Assembly (NCBI GenBank): GCA_029210695.1
Contig: JARGFH010000037.1
Span: 1 to 37,447, forward strand
Length of the DNA stretch: 37,447 bases
From: Acidimicrobiia bacterium
GTDB taxonomy: Bacteria; Actinomycetota; Acidimicrobiia; Spongiisociales; JAHEDJ01
Direction: 5' to 3'
Notes under the pieces: model-generated
Database searches by the model: none
Told to the model about the DNA's origin: nothing
What the model saw: only the letters and a program-made list of their open reading frames with translations
Program-made: the position numbers and the translations under genes
Part shown: in pieces, positions 37,346 to 37,447 of the stretch
Layout: each line of letters begins with the position of its first letter
Position numbering within the stretch: the stretch's first letter is position 1

Positions 37346-37374
37346 AAACTCATAACCTAGAACTCATAACCTAG
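37346..37374. repeat. Heptamer-based repeat tract (AACTCAT/AACCTAG)
   Basis: Same units as 7540-7569 and 3693-3713. Confidence 0.7.
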
Positions 37375-37415
37375 TGGTCTGTCGCTGAAATGGCGAACCG
37401 GTGTAGTGTTGGGGG

Positions 37416-37447
37416 ATGGTTGCTACTGCTGAAGCGTTGCGGATGTC
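37416..37447 (+). CDS. Possible 5' end of a leaderless gene truncated by the window edge
   Basis: TAGTGT 6 nt before an ATG, frame open to the window end (MVATAEALRM). Confidence 0.3.
   Translation, partial: MVATAEALRM

Noticed and set aside
1..37447. tRNA or rRNA genes
   Set aside because: No cloverleaf or rRNA signature recognised. The GGTTCGA at about 15664 lacks a supporting tRNA structure.

Overview
GC-rich bacterial chromosomal segment, most consistent with an actinomycete (Acidimicrobiia-like; inferred from GuaB3, the actinobacterial-type transaldolase and many leaderless genes). The housekeeping backbone comprises a class V aminotransferase, trpS with a hidden Trp leader-peptide attenuator, a CPBP protease, guaB3-guaA, an intein-interrupted pcrA, tal, a B12-binding mutase subunit, sucCD, lysE, qor, lutABC, an LLM oxidoreductase, an HD-GYP protein, a methyltransferase and a DsbA-like protein. 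Three non-routine elements stand out. (1) A ~9.8 kb island between pcrA and tal, bracketed by direct-repeat REPIN-like elements, holds three tandem cassettes of ECF sigma factor, single-pass Asp-box propeller protein and secreted protein. Each cassette, plus a fourth sigma-less slot, is preceded by the same bipartite promoter-like motif in identical register. (2) A receptor-less CheA-REC / REC-GAF / sensor-less kinase module and the distant HD-GYP gene share sigma28 (FliA/WhiG)-type promoters. (3) The PcrA intein carries a central domain that looks GIY-YIG-like rather than LAGLIDADG. The window opens on the end of a probable IS21-family element. All calls come from reading the sequence; no database searches were run.
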